From positions 1 through 52,356 of the forward strand of contig JAUTXN010000137.1 in NCBI GenBank assembly GCA_030838045.1: a DNA stretch of 52,356 nt, read 5' to 3'. This document shows positions 41,820-49,802 of this stretch, piece by piece. Origin of the DNA: Acidimicrobiaceae bacterium (GTDB lineage Bacteria > Actinomycetota > Acidimicrobiia > Acidimicrobiales > Palsa-688). The position numbers and the translations under genes were made by a program. Positions within the stretch are counted from its first letter, which is position 1. Each line of letters begins with the position of its first letter. Under the pieces are notes generated by a model that saw nothing but the letters and a program-made list of their open reading frames with translations, was not told where the DNA came from and searched no databases.

Positions 41820-43585
41820 CCCTGAGGAAGCAGCACCGCGGGGCGCCAGCCTCGCACCGAGCTGACCAGCGCGATCTGGGCCGCGGCCTGCAGCTCGGCC
41901 ACCGAGATGCTGCGTTCGGCGAGGGTTCCATCTTCGACAAGGAGCGCTCGCTGCACGCCTGGCAGGCAACCGTTGTCGAGGGGCGGGGTGCACCACCGTC
42001 CGCCCAGGCACACCGCCAGGTTGGCCACCGTGGTTTCGGTCACCTGGCCCCGCTCGTTGACCAGCACGACGTCGTCGGCCTCACGGTGACGGGCCCGGCG
42101 TTCCGAATAGGGACGCCTCCGGCTCGTCTTGTGGAAGAGACTGACGTCGGACGAGTCGACCGACAGCTCATCGATCACGAGCCGCACCGGTGCCCTCGAG
42201 GTGGCGACTGGCAGGGTTCCCGTTTCGATCCAGGTCCGGCCCGAGCTTGCGAGAGACAGCCGGACGAGTGTGGGTTCGTCCAACGACTGGGTGCGCGCCT
42301 TCAACCGAGCGCTGATTGTGCCGTGACAGAACGGATATCCGAAATATTCCGCCGACCCTGCCAGGCGTCGGAGGTGACGGTCGTGGTTGCGCACACCTTC
42401 CTCGGGCACGAAGGCCATGGTTTCGATGAGGTCGAACGGCGGCGTAGACGTGAAGAGGATCTCCGCCTTGGTCCGGGCCTCGGCATACTCCTGCTCCGAA
42501 TCGGAGTCCCAAACGATTCCGCCCCCACTGCCGTACAGCCCCTTGCCGGTCGCCTGGTCGACCACGGCTGTACGGATGGCCACGTTGAACCGGGCCTCGC
42601 CGGGCCCGACGAAGCCGATGGCGCCGCAATAGATCCCCCGGCGATCACTCTCGAGTTCGGTGATCAGCGCCATCGTCCGGTGCTTCGGTGCCCCGGTCAC
42701 CGATCCACAAGGAAACAGCGCGCGGAAGACGTCGACGAGGGTGGTGCCGGGTCGAGTTCGGGCCGTGACTTCCGACGTCAGCTGCCACACCGTGGGGTAC
42801 CGCTCCAGCCGGAAGAGGTCGTTGACCGCCACCGTGCCGTACTCCGCCACCCGGCCCAGGTCGTTGCGGACCAGGTCGACGATCATGACGTTCTCGGCCC
42901 GGTTCTTTCCTGAAGACTCGAGCGCGGACCCGATCGCCCGGTCCTCCTCCGTCCAGCGGCCCCGAGGTGCCGTCCCCTTCATGGGCCGGCAGGTCAGAAC
43001 GCCGGCCTGCCAGTGGAAGAACAATTCAGGTGACGCGCTGGCGACCGCCCAACGCCCGGTGTCCACAAAGGCGCCGTACGCCGGTCGTTGGGCCGCCATG
43101 AGGCGGCGGTACAGCATCCAGGGGTCACCGGTGGCCGGCGACCGCCATCGATGGGTCAGGTTCAACTGGTACGCGTCGCCGGAGCCGATGTAGGCGCGGG
43201 TACGTCCCACCCGCTCCCGGTAGGAGTCGGGATCGACATCGACGATCCAGTCGGCCACGAGCGGGCGCTCGTGGGGCGGCTCCGGCGGGTCGACGGCTCG
43301 CCGCCTCCGGAACAAGGCGAACCAGACGAGCGGCGGCTGTTCCACGGCCGGGTCCGGCCGCCTCACGGCCATAGCCGCGTCGAGTCCCGGAGCGGCCTCA
43401 TAGTTCACGAACCCTGCGGCCCAACGACCCTCGCAGGCGGCCGCTTCGACAGCCGCCAGCGCGCCGGCCACCTCCTCGGGGCGGTGCGCCACCACCTCGC
43501 CCAGGCAACCTTCGAGCCGAAACGAACCCCCGGTGCTGCTCAGATCGTCGAACCGGGCGGCCGGCAGCTCGATGCCGCCCATCAT
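41816..43585 (-). CDS. pabB: bifunctional aminodeoxychorismate synthase component I / aminodeoxychorismate lyase (PabB-PabC fusion)
   Basis: The chorismate-binding core is GDAYQLNLTHRW...ASPELFF...CRPMKGTAPRG...KNRAENVMIVDLVRNDLGRV...LFPCGSVTGAPK...RGIYCGAIGF...NVAIRT...GSGGGIVWDSD...EY.E. A class-IV aminotransferase-fold tail of about 200 aa follows (LIETMAF..., HLRRLAGSAEYFG, DDVVLVNERGQVTETTVANL, CLPGVQRALL). ATG 43585 follows gaaggag. Confidence 0.9.
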   Translation of the reverse strand: MMGGIELPAARFDDLSSTGGSFRLEGCLGEVVAHRPEEVAGALAAVEAAACEGRWAAGFVNYEAAPGLDAAMAVRRPDPAVEQPPLVWFALFRRRRAVDPPEPPHERPLVADWIVDVDPDSYRERVGRTRAYIGSGDAYQLNLTHRWRSPATGDPWMLYRRLMAAQRPAYGAFVDTGRWAVASASPELFFHWQAGVLTCRPMKGTAPRGRWTEEDRAIGSALESSGKNRAENVMIVDLVRNDLGRVAEYGTVAVNDLFRLERYPTVWQLTSEVTARTRPGTTLVDVFRALFPCGSVTGAPKHRTMALITELESDRRGIYCGAIGFVGPGEARFNVAIRTAVVDQATGKGLYGSGGGIVWDSDSEQEYAEARTKAEILFTSTPPFDLIETMAFVPEEGVRNHDRHLRRLAGSAEYFGYPFCHGTISARLKARTQSLDEPTLVRLSLASSGRTWIETGTLPVATSRAPVRLVIDELSVDSSDVSLFHKTSRRRPYSERRARHREADDVVLVNERGQVTETTVANLAVCLGGRWCTPPLDNGCLPGVQRALLVEDGTLAERSISVAELQAAAQIALVSSVRGWRPAVLLPQG

Positions 43586-43646
43586 GGCTCCTTCCGCCAC
43601 CCGTCGTCGGGCCTGACCAGGATAACTGTGGTGGCCCCCGAGTTCA

Positions 43647-43721
43647 TTGTGTTCAAAACGCGTAGCTATACCATCGCGTTCTGAACACAACGGTCGCTGA
43701 GCGGCCGGCCGCTGAGCGACC
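43647..43721. promoter_or_regulatory. two adjacent near-perfect palindromes in the pabBC / hemolysin-III divergent spacer
   Basis: The first has arms ttgtgttcaaaacgcg (43647-62) and cgcgttctgaacacaa (43675-90), 15/16 complementary, with a 12-nt spacer. The second is ggtcgctgagcggcc|ggccgctgagcgacc (43692-43721), 14/15 complementary. The function (operator or leader hairpin) is unknown. Confidence 0.45.
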
Positions 43722-43884
43722 TGCTTGGAGTTGGTCCGAACTCGCGGTGTACCGTTGACATCGGCACGGCCGGGAGCTCCCGGACGTGCTCGGTGGCTGT
43801 CCCGTTGGGCGGACACCGGAGCGCTACCCCAGACCCTGGTGGCGCCCCATTTCGTGGGGTCAGCCAAACCATCAGGAGTCACGA

Positions 43885-44571
43885 ATGCCGCAGAAAGCTG
43901 GCACTTCGTCCGTGAGCATCACGGACCCGACGAAGTACCCGGTGCCGCGCCCGGTTCTGCGCGGCCGGCTGCATGCCGTGGCGGCGGCGGTCTCGGTGGG
44001 GGCGTTGGTGTGGTTGGTGCGCTCCGCCACTTCCGTGGAGGCGACCGTCGCGGCGTGGGTCTATGGCGTCGCCGCCATCCTCTGCTACCTCACCAGCTCG
44101 ATCTACCACGTGGTGGCGCGATCCGATCGCGCCCGGACGTTCATGCGGCGAGCCGATCACTCGATGATCTATGTCCTGATCGCGGGCACATTCACACCCA
44201 TGTGCCTCTTGGCGATGAGCGGATCCTGGCGCTGGGTCTACATCGGTGTCGTTTGGGCGGGTGCGCTGGTCGGTGTCGCGCTGACGATCGTGCCGAGCAC
44301 ACCGCTGCCCAGATTCAGCGTGGCGCTGTACCTCATTCTTGGTTGGACCGGCCTGGCCGTCCTCCCTTCGCTGGCGAGGAACCCCATCCGGATCGTCCTC
44401 GTGCTGGTGGCGGGCCTGCTCTACACCGTGGGTGCGGTGCTCTTCGGTCGCCAGCGACCGAGGCTGCGTCCGAACTACTTCGGGTTCCACGAGTTCTGGC
44501 ACTGCATGGGTGTCAGCGCGGGCGCCCTACTGTTCGTCGTCAACCTGAGTCTCATCACGACCCGGGCGTAG
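43885..44571 (+). CDS. hemolysin-III / PAQR-family membrane protein
   Basis: ATG 43885 follows caggag. It has seven TM helices and the motifs RGRLHAV..., SSIYH..., RRADHSMIYVLIAGTFTP and HEFWHCMV-like (FHEFWHCMGV). Confidence 0.9.
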   Translation: MPQKAGTSSVSITDPTKYPVPRPVLRGRLHAVAAAVSVGALVWLVRSATSVEATVAAWVYGVAAILCYLTSSIYHVVARSDRARTFMRRADHSMIYVLIAGTFTPMCLLAMSGSWRWVYIGVVWAGALVGVALTIVPSTPLPRFSVALYLILGWTGLAVLPSLARNPIRIVLVLVAGLLYTVGAVLFGRQRPRLRPNYFGFHEFWHCMGVSAGALLFVVNLSLITTRA

Positions 44572-44651
44572 CCCCCGTAGCCGGGCCGATGAGTTCCGCG
44601 CCCCTGCCAGGTCGTACCTATGAAACCCAAGAGGACCTGGAGGAGAGACAA

Positions 44652-45398
44652 ATGAGCCTTCCCGACGTGGTGTCGCGCGATGAATGGCTCGCCGCCCGCA
44701 AGGAGCTACTGGCCAAGGAGAAGGCGTTCACCAGGCAACGTGACGCCCTGAGCGCCGACCGGCGCCGGCTGCCGATGGTGCGGATCGAAAAGGAGTACGC
44801 ATTCACCGGTCCTGACGGCCCGGCCACCCTGGTCGACCTGTTCGCGGGCCGCCGGCAGCTCATCGTCGGTCACTTCATGTTCGACCCGAGTTGGGAAGAC
44901 GGGTGCCCGAGTTGCTCGGCGGGTGCCGACGAACTCTCGAGCGGGCACCTGGCCCATCTGCACGCCCGCGACACGACGTTCGTGTATGTCTCGCGAGCTC
45001 CGATCGAAAAGATCGAGCGCTACAAGGCGAGGAAGGGATGGTCGTTTCCCTGGTATTCGTCGTACGGCAGCGCCTTCAACTACGACTTCCACGTCACACT
45101 CGACGAATCGGTCACGCCGGTCGAGTACAACTTCCGGACCAAGGCCGAGCACGAGCAGGCGGGCACGGGCGGCTACGTCGAGGGCGAACAGCCAATCGAA
45201 GGACCGGGGCGGAGTTGCTTCCTGCGCGACGGCGACCTGATCTTCCATACCTATTCCGTCTACGCCCGAGGGCTGGAGACGATCGGCGGTTCGTACTACC
45301 TGCTCGACGAGACGGCGCTTGGGCGCCAGGAGGAGTGGGAGGAGCCAGCGGGCCGGGCCACCGACGCCCGGGGCGCGGTCCCCGACTTCTCAGCCTGA
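44652..45398 (+). CDS. DUF899 (thioredoxin-like) domain-containing protein
   Basis: ATG 44652 follows ggaggagag. The protein reads VVSRDEWLAARKELLAKEKAFTRQRDALSADRRRLPMVRIEKEYAF.GP.G...L.DLF.GR.QLIV.HFMF.P.W..GCPSCS...D.... HL..RD..FV.VSRAP...I..YK.R.GW.FPW.SS. The 557-aa track ORF is this gene plus an off-frame upstream read. Confidence 0.9.
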   Translation: MSLPDVVSRDEWLAARKELLAKEKAFTRQRDALSADRRRLPMVRIEKEYAFTGPDGPATLVDLFAGRRQLIVGHFMFDPSWEDGCPSCSAGADELSSGHLAHLHARDTTFVYVSRAPIEKIERYKARKGWSFPWYSSYGSAFNYDFHVTLDESVTPVEYNFRTKAEHEQAGTGGYVEGEQPIEGPGRSCFLRDGDLIFHTYSVYARGLETIGGSYYLLDETALGRQEEWEEPAGRATDARGAVPDFSA

Positions 45399-45872
45399 CA
45401 ACGGTCTCCGGAACCATCCGCCGCAGACGTTTGCCGAGGACGTCGAGGGGCGCATTTCTGGGTGGCGCTGCGGCGCCGGACCTCCCAGGCGACGAGCCGG
45501 TTCGCCGCCCGGGCAGCACCGGCATGTCCCTTTTTCGGTCGGGCGACGGGCGCCGAGTGCCAGGTCCGCCTCGGCCCGCAGGATCGGATCGGCAACCAAC
45601 GGCAGGTCGCCAGGATCGAGCGAGCCGTCGCCGTCCATGAAACACACGACGCCGTCGAGTGGTGCTGCGGCCACCATCCCGGCCCAGCACGCGGCACCGA
45701 AGCCGCGCTGCGGCTCGTGAACGACCTGCGCCCCGAAGGTCGCGGCCACGTCGGCGGAGCCGTCCCTCGACCCGTTGTCGACCACGATCGGCCGGTATCC
45801 GAGCGGCATACCGAGCAGGAGCGCGGGCAGCGCCGCGGCCTCGTCGAGGACCGGGATGATGACGTCGGGCAT
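45390..45872 (-). pseudogene. family-2 glycosyltransferase remnant (N-terminal ~115 aa intact, then frameshifted and truncated)
   Basis: The intact part is VIIPVLDEAAALPALL...RPIVVDNGSRDGSADVAATFGAQVVHEPQRGFGAACWAG...VCFMDGDGSLDP..LP...DPILRAEADLALGARRPTEKG. The expected continuation (HAGAARAANRLVAWEVRRR...) is in another frame, starting right at a T5/A5 run (45531-45535). A further piece (APLDVLGKRLRR) is in the third frame. The remnant ends against the convergent DUF899 gene. Confidence 0.6.
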
Positions 45873-45975
45873 GAGGGAGTTCTAGCGACGAACGCCTTAC
45901 AGATCGCCGCCGAGATGCTCACGATTCAATGAACTCGTGCTCCGCAACTACCGGATGCGGCCTCGGCTGGCGAAG

Positions 45976-46734
45976 ATGGACGCCATGTTGGATGCTCCCC
46001 CCGTGACCGCCCGGGTCCTGATCATCGAGGACGACCCGAATGTGGCCGAGGTGGTCGCCCGGTATCTGGAGCGCGAGGGGTACCGGGTGCAGGTCGCGAC
46101 CGATGGGCGGGCCGGGCTCGAGGCGGCCCTCGCGGAACTTCCCGACCTGGTGGTGCTGGACCTCATGCTGCCGTCGATGGGCGGCCTGGAGATCTGCCGG
46201 CGATTGCGGTCCGTGGCGCCGGTTGCGGTCATCATGCTGACGGCGCGCGGCGAGGAGGCGGACCGCATCGCGGGCCTGGAGCTGGGGGCCGACGATTACA
46301 TCGCCAAGCCGTTTTCACCCCGGGAGCTGACGGCCCGGGTGAAGGCGGTGCTGCGCCGGGCGACGGCCCCGCTGGCGGCGCCCGAACCGGGGGTCCTGCG
46401 CGCGGGCGCCCCCAAGGCGGGCGGACCCGAGGCGGGCGGGCCGGACGTCGGGCCGGTGCTAGAAGTGGACACGGTCGCCCACGAGGCCCGCCTCGATGGC
46501 CAACTGGTCGCCCTGACCGCCAAGGAGTTCGACCTGCTGGCGCATCTCATGCGCAACCCTCGCCGGGCGATGCGGCGCGAGCAACTGCTGCAGGAGGTCT
46601 GGGGATTCAGTTACGGCGACACCTCGACGGTGACGGTCCACATTCGCCGGCTGCGCGAGAAGATCGAGGCCGACCCGTCCGCACCCCGCTTCGTGTGCAC
46701 GGTGTGGGGTGTGGGCTACCGGTTCGAGCCGTGA
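45976..46734 (+). CDS. OmpR/PhoB-family response regulator
   Basis: The receiver domain is RVLIIEDDPNVAEVVARYLEREGY...PDLVVLDLMLPSMGGLEICRRLR...VIMLTARGEE.DR..GLELGADDYI.KPF. A Gly/Pro/Ala-rich linker follows, then the wHTH LTAKEFDLLAHLMRNPRRAMRREQLLQEVWG...TVTVHIRRLREKIE...VWGVGYRF. The start is ambiguous (45955, 45976 or 45985). Confidence 0.9.
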   Translation: MDAMLDAPPVTARVLIIEDDPNVAEVVARYLEREGYRVQVATDGRAGLEAALAELPDLVVLDLMLPSMGGLEICRRLRSVAPVAVIMLTARGEEADRIAGLELGADDYIAKPFSPRELTARVKAVLRRATAPLAAPEPGVLRAGAPKAGGPEAGGPDVGPVLEVDTVAHEARLDGQLVALTAKEFDLLAHLMRNPRRAMRREQLLQEVWGFSYGDTSTVTVHIRRLREKIEADPSAPRFVCTVWGVGYRFEP

Positions 46735-47966
46735 CGGTGCGCCCTCCGCTTCGGTGGGGACAGCCGGTCGCGGTGGCATGCGGTGGCCTGGCGGCGGGGG
46801 CCCTGGTGGCGGCGCTCGGTGGCATCCCCGCGGGCGATGCTGTTCGGCTGCTCATCTACTCCACGCTCGGTGCGGCCGTCGCGGGCGCCGCGGCGGCGCT
46901 GGTCCTGCAGGCGCTGCGCCGAACGACCGTCGGCGTCCAAACCGTGGTGGCCGCCTTGGCGCCGGTGCTCGCCGTCGCGATCGGCGTGGCGGGGGCGACC
47001 TCCCACATGTTCCTCATGTCGCATGACCTGTGGGTCCTCTGGGTGGTCCTCTGCAGCGCCGGGGGAGTTGGCATCCTCGTGTCCATCCTCCTCGGCCGGC
47101 GAGTGGCGGGCGCGGTCCGCTCGGTCGGCGACATGGCGCGCCGGCTCGGCGAGACCGGCCCCGGGACCGAGTTGGCGGGCCGCCGGGCGGTGCCGGGCGA
47201 GCTGGCGGCGCTGGCCAACGAGCTGCAGCAGACCTCCGCCCGTTTGGCCGCGGCCCAGGAGCAGGCCGCGACCCTCGAGCGCAGCCGGCGAGAACTGGTG
47301 GCCTGGGTGTCGCACGACCTGCGCACCCCGCTGGCCGGTATCCGGGCCATGGTCGAGGCGCTCGAGGACGGCGTCGTCGACGATCCCGAGACCGTGGCCC
47401 GTTACCACCGGACCATGCGCCGCGAGGCCGACCGCCTGGCCGGGCTGGTCAACGACCTGTTCGAGCTGTCCCGCATCCAGGCCGGTTCGGTGTCGCTCAC
47501 CTACGAGGCCGTCCCCCTCGATGAGCTGGTCGCCGATGCCATCTCGGCGACGGCCCTGGCAGCCGCCGCCAAGGAGATCGAGGTCCGCAGCCAGGTGCGC
47601 CAGCCCTCGACCGTCGAGCTGTCGACGCCCGAGATGGCCCGGGTGGTCCGCAACCTCCTCGACAACGCCATCCGCCACACCGCGGCCGGCGGCACGGTCA
47701 TTGTCGACGCCGGAGTCGACGACGACGGCGCCTCGGCGGTCGTGTCGGTGCTCGACGCCTGTGGGGGCATCCCTGAGGACGACATCGACCAGGTTTTCGA
47801 AATGGCCTACCGGGGCGATGCCGCCCGCACTCCCGGCGACGGGGGCGGCGGCCTGGGCCTCGCCGTGGCACGGGGCCTGGTCGAGGCGCATCACGGCCAG
47901 ATCAGCGTCCACAACGAAGGTCCGGGCTGCCGCTTCCTCGTCCGGCTGCCGCTGCAGCGCCCATGA
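46731..47966 (+). CDS. sensor histidine kinase (2 TM, HAMP, HisKA, HATPase_c)
   Basis: The H-box is ELVAWVSHDLRTPLAGIRAMVEAL. The N-box is RVVRNLLDNAIRHT, the G1 box is SVLDACGGI, and the G2 box is GGGGLGLAVARGLVEAHHG. GTG 46731 overlaps the regulator stop (GTGA). Confidence 0.9.
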   Translation: MTVRPPLRWGQPVAVACGGLAAGALVAALGGIPAGDAVRLLIYSTLGAAVAGAAAALVLQALRRTTVGVQTVVAALAPVLAVAIGVAGATSHMFLMSHDLWVLWVVLCSAGGVGILVSILLGRRVAGAVRSVGDMARRLGETGPGTELAGRRAVPGELAALANELQQTSARLAAAQEQAATLERSRRELVAWVSHDLRTPLAGIRAMVEALEDGVVDDPETVARYHRTMRREADRLAGLVNDLFELSRIQAGSVSLTYEAVPLDELVADAISATALAAAAKEIEVRSQVRQPSTVELSTPEMARVVRNLLDNAIRHTAAGGTVIVDAGVDDDGASAVVSVLDACGGIPEDDIDQVFEMAYRGDAARTPGDGGGGLGLAVARGLVEAHHGQISVHNEGPGCRFLVRLPLQRP

Positions 47967-48232
47967 AGGTCCTGGTCACGGGGGGAGCGGGGTTCATCCG
48001 CTCGCACATGGTGGATCTCCTGCTGGCCGGAGGGGCCGAGGTGCGGGTGCTCGACTCGCTCGATCCGGGGGCCCATGGCGGGTCCGATTCGAATCTGTCG
48101 GACCTCGACTCGCGTGCGGAGTTGATGGTGGGAAATGTGAGCGACGTGGCTGTGGCCGCGGCGGCCACTGACGCCGTCGATGCTGCGAGGGCGGCCCGGC
48201 CCGGCCCGGCATGGCCGCACCCGCCGGACTGA
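47963..48232 (+). pseudogene. N-terminal stub of an NAD-dependent epimerase/dehydratase (89-aa ORF)
   Basis: MKVLVTGGAGFIRSHMVDLLLAGGAEVRVLDSLDPG...ELMVGNVSD is a canonical Rossmann start, and the ATG overlaps the kinase stop (ATGA). Sense is lost at a (ggccc)3 run (48194-48210). Only about 445 bp exist before the convergent cobT stop, whereas such enzymes need about 950-1000 bp. Confidence 0.6.
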
Positions 48233-48406
48233 CGGAACTTGGCCTGGCTGTCGGGCACCCGAACACCGTGGGCTTCCAGCCGCGCCTTTCGCGGACATCG
48301 GCCCCACGGCCGACCCGACCAGCCCACGTGGCGTGCGACTGGCATCGCTGCCGATCGATCGAGTCATCGCCGCCCGAGCGCGCCCGAACAACCTTGTCGT
48401 GGACCC

Positions 48407-49486
48407 CTAGTTCTTCTCCGTCACCCCGGCGGAATCGAACGCCGCCATCTCGCCCAGGATGCGGGCGCTGGCTTCGATGATCGGCAGGGCGAGGCAGGCG
48501 CCGCTTCCCTCGCCCAGGCGCATTCCGAGGTCGAGGACGGCTTGGAGTCCCAGGTGGTCCAGGGCGGTGGCCGCCCCCGGCTCGGCCGACTGATGGCCGG
48601 CGATGCAGAACCCCACTACGTCCGGTACCAGCGACGCGGCGACCAGAAGTGCGGCGTCGGCGATCACCCCGTCGACGACAACAGGCACCCGGGCCGCCGC
48701 CCCACCGATGATGAAACCCACCAGGGCCGCGATCTCCAAGCCTCCGACGGCCGCCAGGACGGCCAGCGGTCCATCGGCGAGCGCCGCCGCATGGAGGACG
48801 AGAGCCCGCTCGATCACCGTCACCTTGCGGGCCAGCGTGGAGTCGTCGATCCCCGTGCCGCGGCCGGTGACCTCGGCCGGAGGTTTGCCGGTCAACGCGG
48901 CGATGAGCGCCGCCGCGGGTGTGGTGTTTCCGATCCCCATCTCGCCGGTCACCAGGCACCGGGCGCCGCCGGCCACCAGCTCGGATGCGGTCTCGGTCCC
49001 TACGTCGAGTGCCTGGCGTGCCTCCTCTTCGGTCATGGCGGATGCGACCGCCAAGTTGCCGGTACCCGCCCGTACCCGCCGCCGCCGCAGGCCCGGCGCA
49101 CCGTCGAGTCCGAGCACCGAGAGGTCGGTCGCAATGCCCACGTCGACCACGGTGAGGCTGGCACCGGCTTGGCGGGCCAGGACGCTGATGGCGGCGCCGC
49201 CGGCCACGAAGTTGGCCACCATCTGCCCCGTCACCTCCTGAGGCCAGGGAGTAACCCCTTCGGCGAGGACGCCGTGGTCGCCGGCGAAGACCGCCACCGC
49301 GGCCGGCACGGGCCGCGGCGGCGGGCAGCAGCCGGCGATCCCGCACAGCTGAATCCCTACTGACTCGAGCCGGCCGAGCGCGCCGGCCGGTTTGGTGAGG
49401 CGGCTTTGCCGGGCCACGGCGTCAGCCAAGGCGGCGCTGTCGGGGGGGCCGACGGCGGCTGCGGCGATGTCAAACGATCGGGTCAT
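48407..49486 (-). CDS. cobT: nicotinate-nucleotide--dimethylbenzimidazole phosphoribosyltransferase
   Basis: LTKPAGALGRLE...VAVFAGDHGV...VTPWPQEVTGQMVANF..GGAAI.VLA...GA.L.VVDVG...MTEEEA..AL..G......G.....TGEMGIGNTT.AAAL.AALTG...........G.D. ATG 49486 follows gaaggagg, verified. Confidence 0.92.
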   Translation of the reverse strand: MTRSFDIAAAAVGPPDSAALADAVARQSRLTKPAGALGRLESVGIQLCGIAGCCPPPRPVPAAVAVFAGDHGVLAEGVTPWPQEVTGQMVANFVAGGAAISVLARQAGASLTVVDVGIATDLSVLGLDGAPGLRRRRVRAGTGNLAVASAMTEEEARQALDVGTETASELVAGGARCLVTGEMGIGNTTPAAALIAALTGKPPAEVTGRGTGIDDSTLARKVTVIERALVLHAAALADGPLAVLAAVGGLEIAALVGFIIGGAAARVPVVVDGVIADAALLVAASLVPDVVGFCIAGHQSAEPGAATALDHLGLQAVLDLGMRLGEGSGACLALPIIEASARILGEMAAFDSAGVTEKN

Positions 49487-49565
49487 GTGGTCCTCCTTCT
49501 TCGGAGGCCGCCAGACATGGTGGGACCGATCACGGGCAGGGCCTCCGCAGCCTGCGACCACTTGG

Positions 49566-49724
49566 TGAGGCCGGTCTCCTGACTTCCGGATCAGCACCTC
49601 CGCCCGCCTTCCCAGGTCCGATGGACCCAGTGGCTTCGTTCGACGGCGGCTCCCCGGTCACAGTGGCGGGACCCGTGCCGGAATCGCACCGGCTTCCCAG
49701 ATTGTCCCCCGGAGGGGCACCTCA
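49566..49724 (-). promoter_or_regulatory. cobalamin (B12) riboswitch aptamer upstream of cobT
   Basis: The minus-strand sequence is ugAGGUGcc...cuGGGAAgCCGGUGcGAuUCCGGcaCGGuCCCGCCACUGUgaccgggg...GCCACUGGguc...ccuGGGAAGGcg...gauccggaAGUCAGGAGACCGGCCUCAcc. It has the core GGGAA/GGUG/CCCGCCACUGU blocks and the B12 box (AGUCAGGAGACCGGCC), and P1 is tgagg/cctca. An 8-bp helix (cggaggcc/ggcctccg) lies in the expression platform just before the SD. Confidence 0.87.
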
Positions 49725-49802
49725 TATGTCTGTCCAACCGGGGAGAGTAGCAGCGCCGTGTAGGCGCGGAGCAGCGCCTCGCAACCGCCCGAACAGCGTG
49801 CT

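Noticed and set aside
43725-45398. A 557-aa ORF spanning the hemolysin-III gene region and DUF899.
   Set aside because: Only the last 248 aa (from ATG 44652, with a strong SD) are DUF899. The upstream part is an off-frame read of the hemolysin-III gene (43885..44571), which has its own seven-TM frame.
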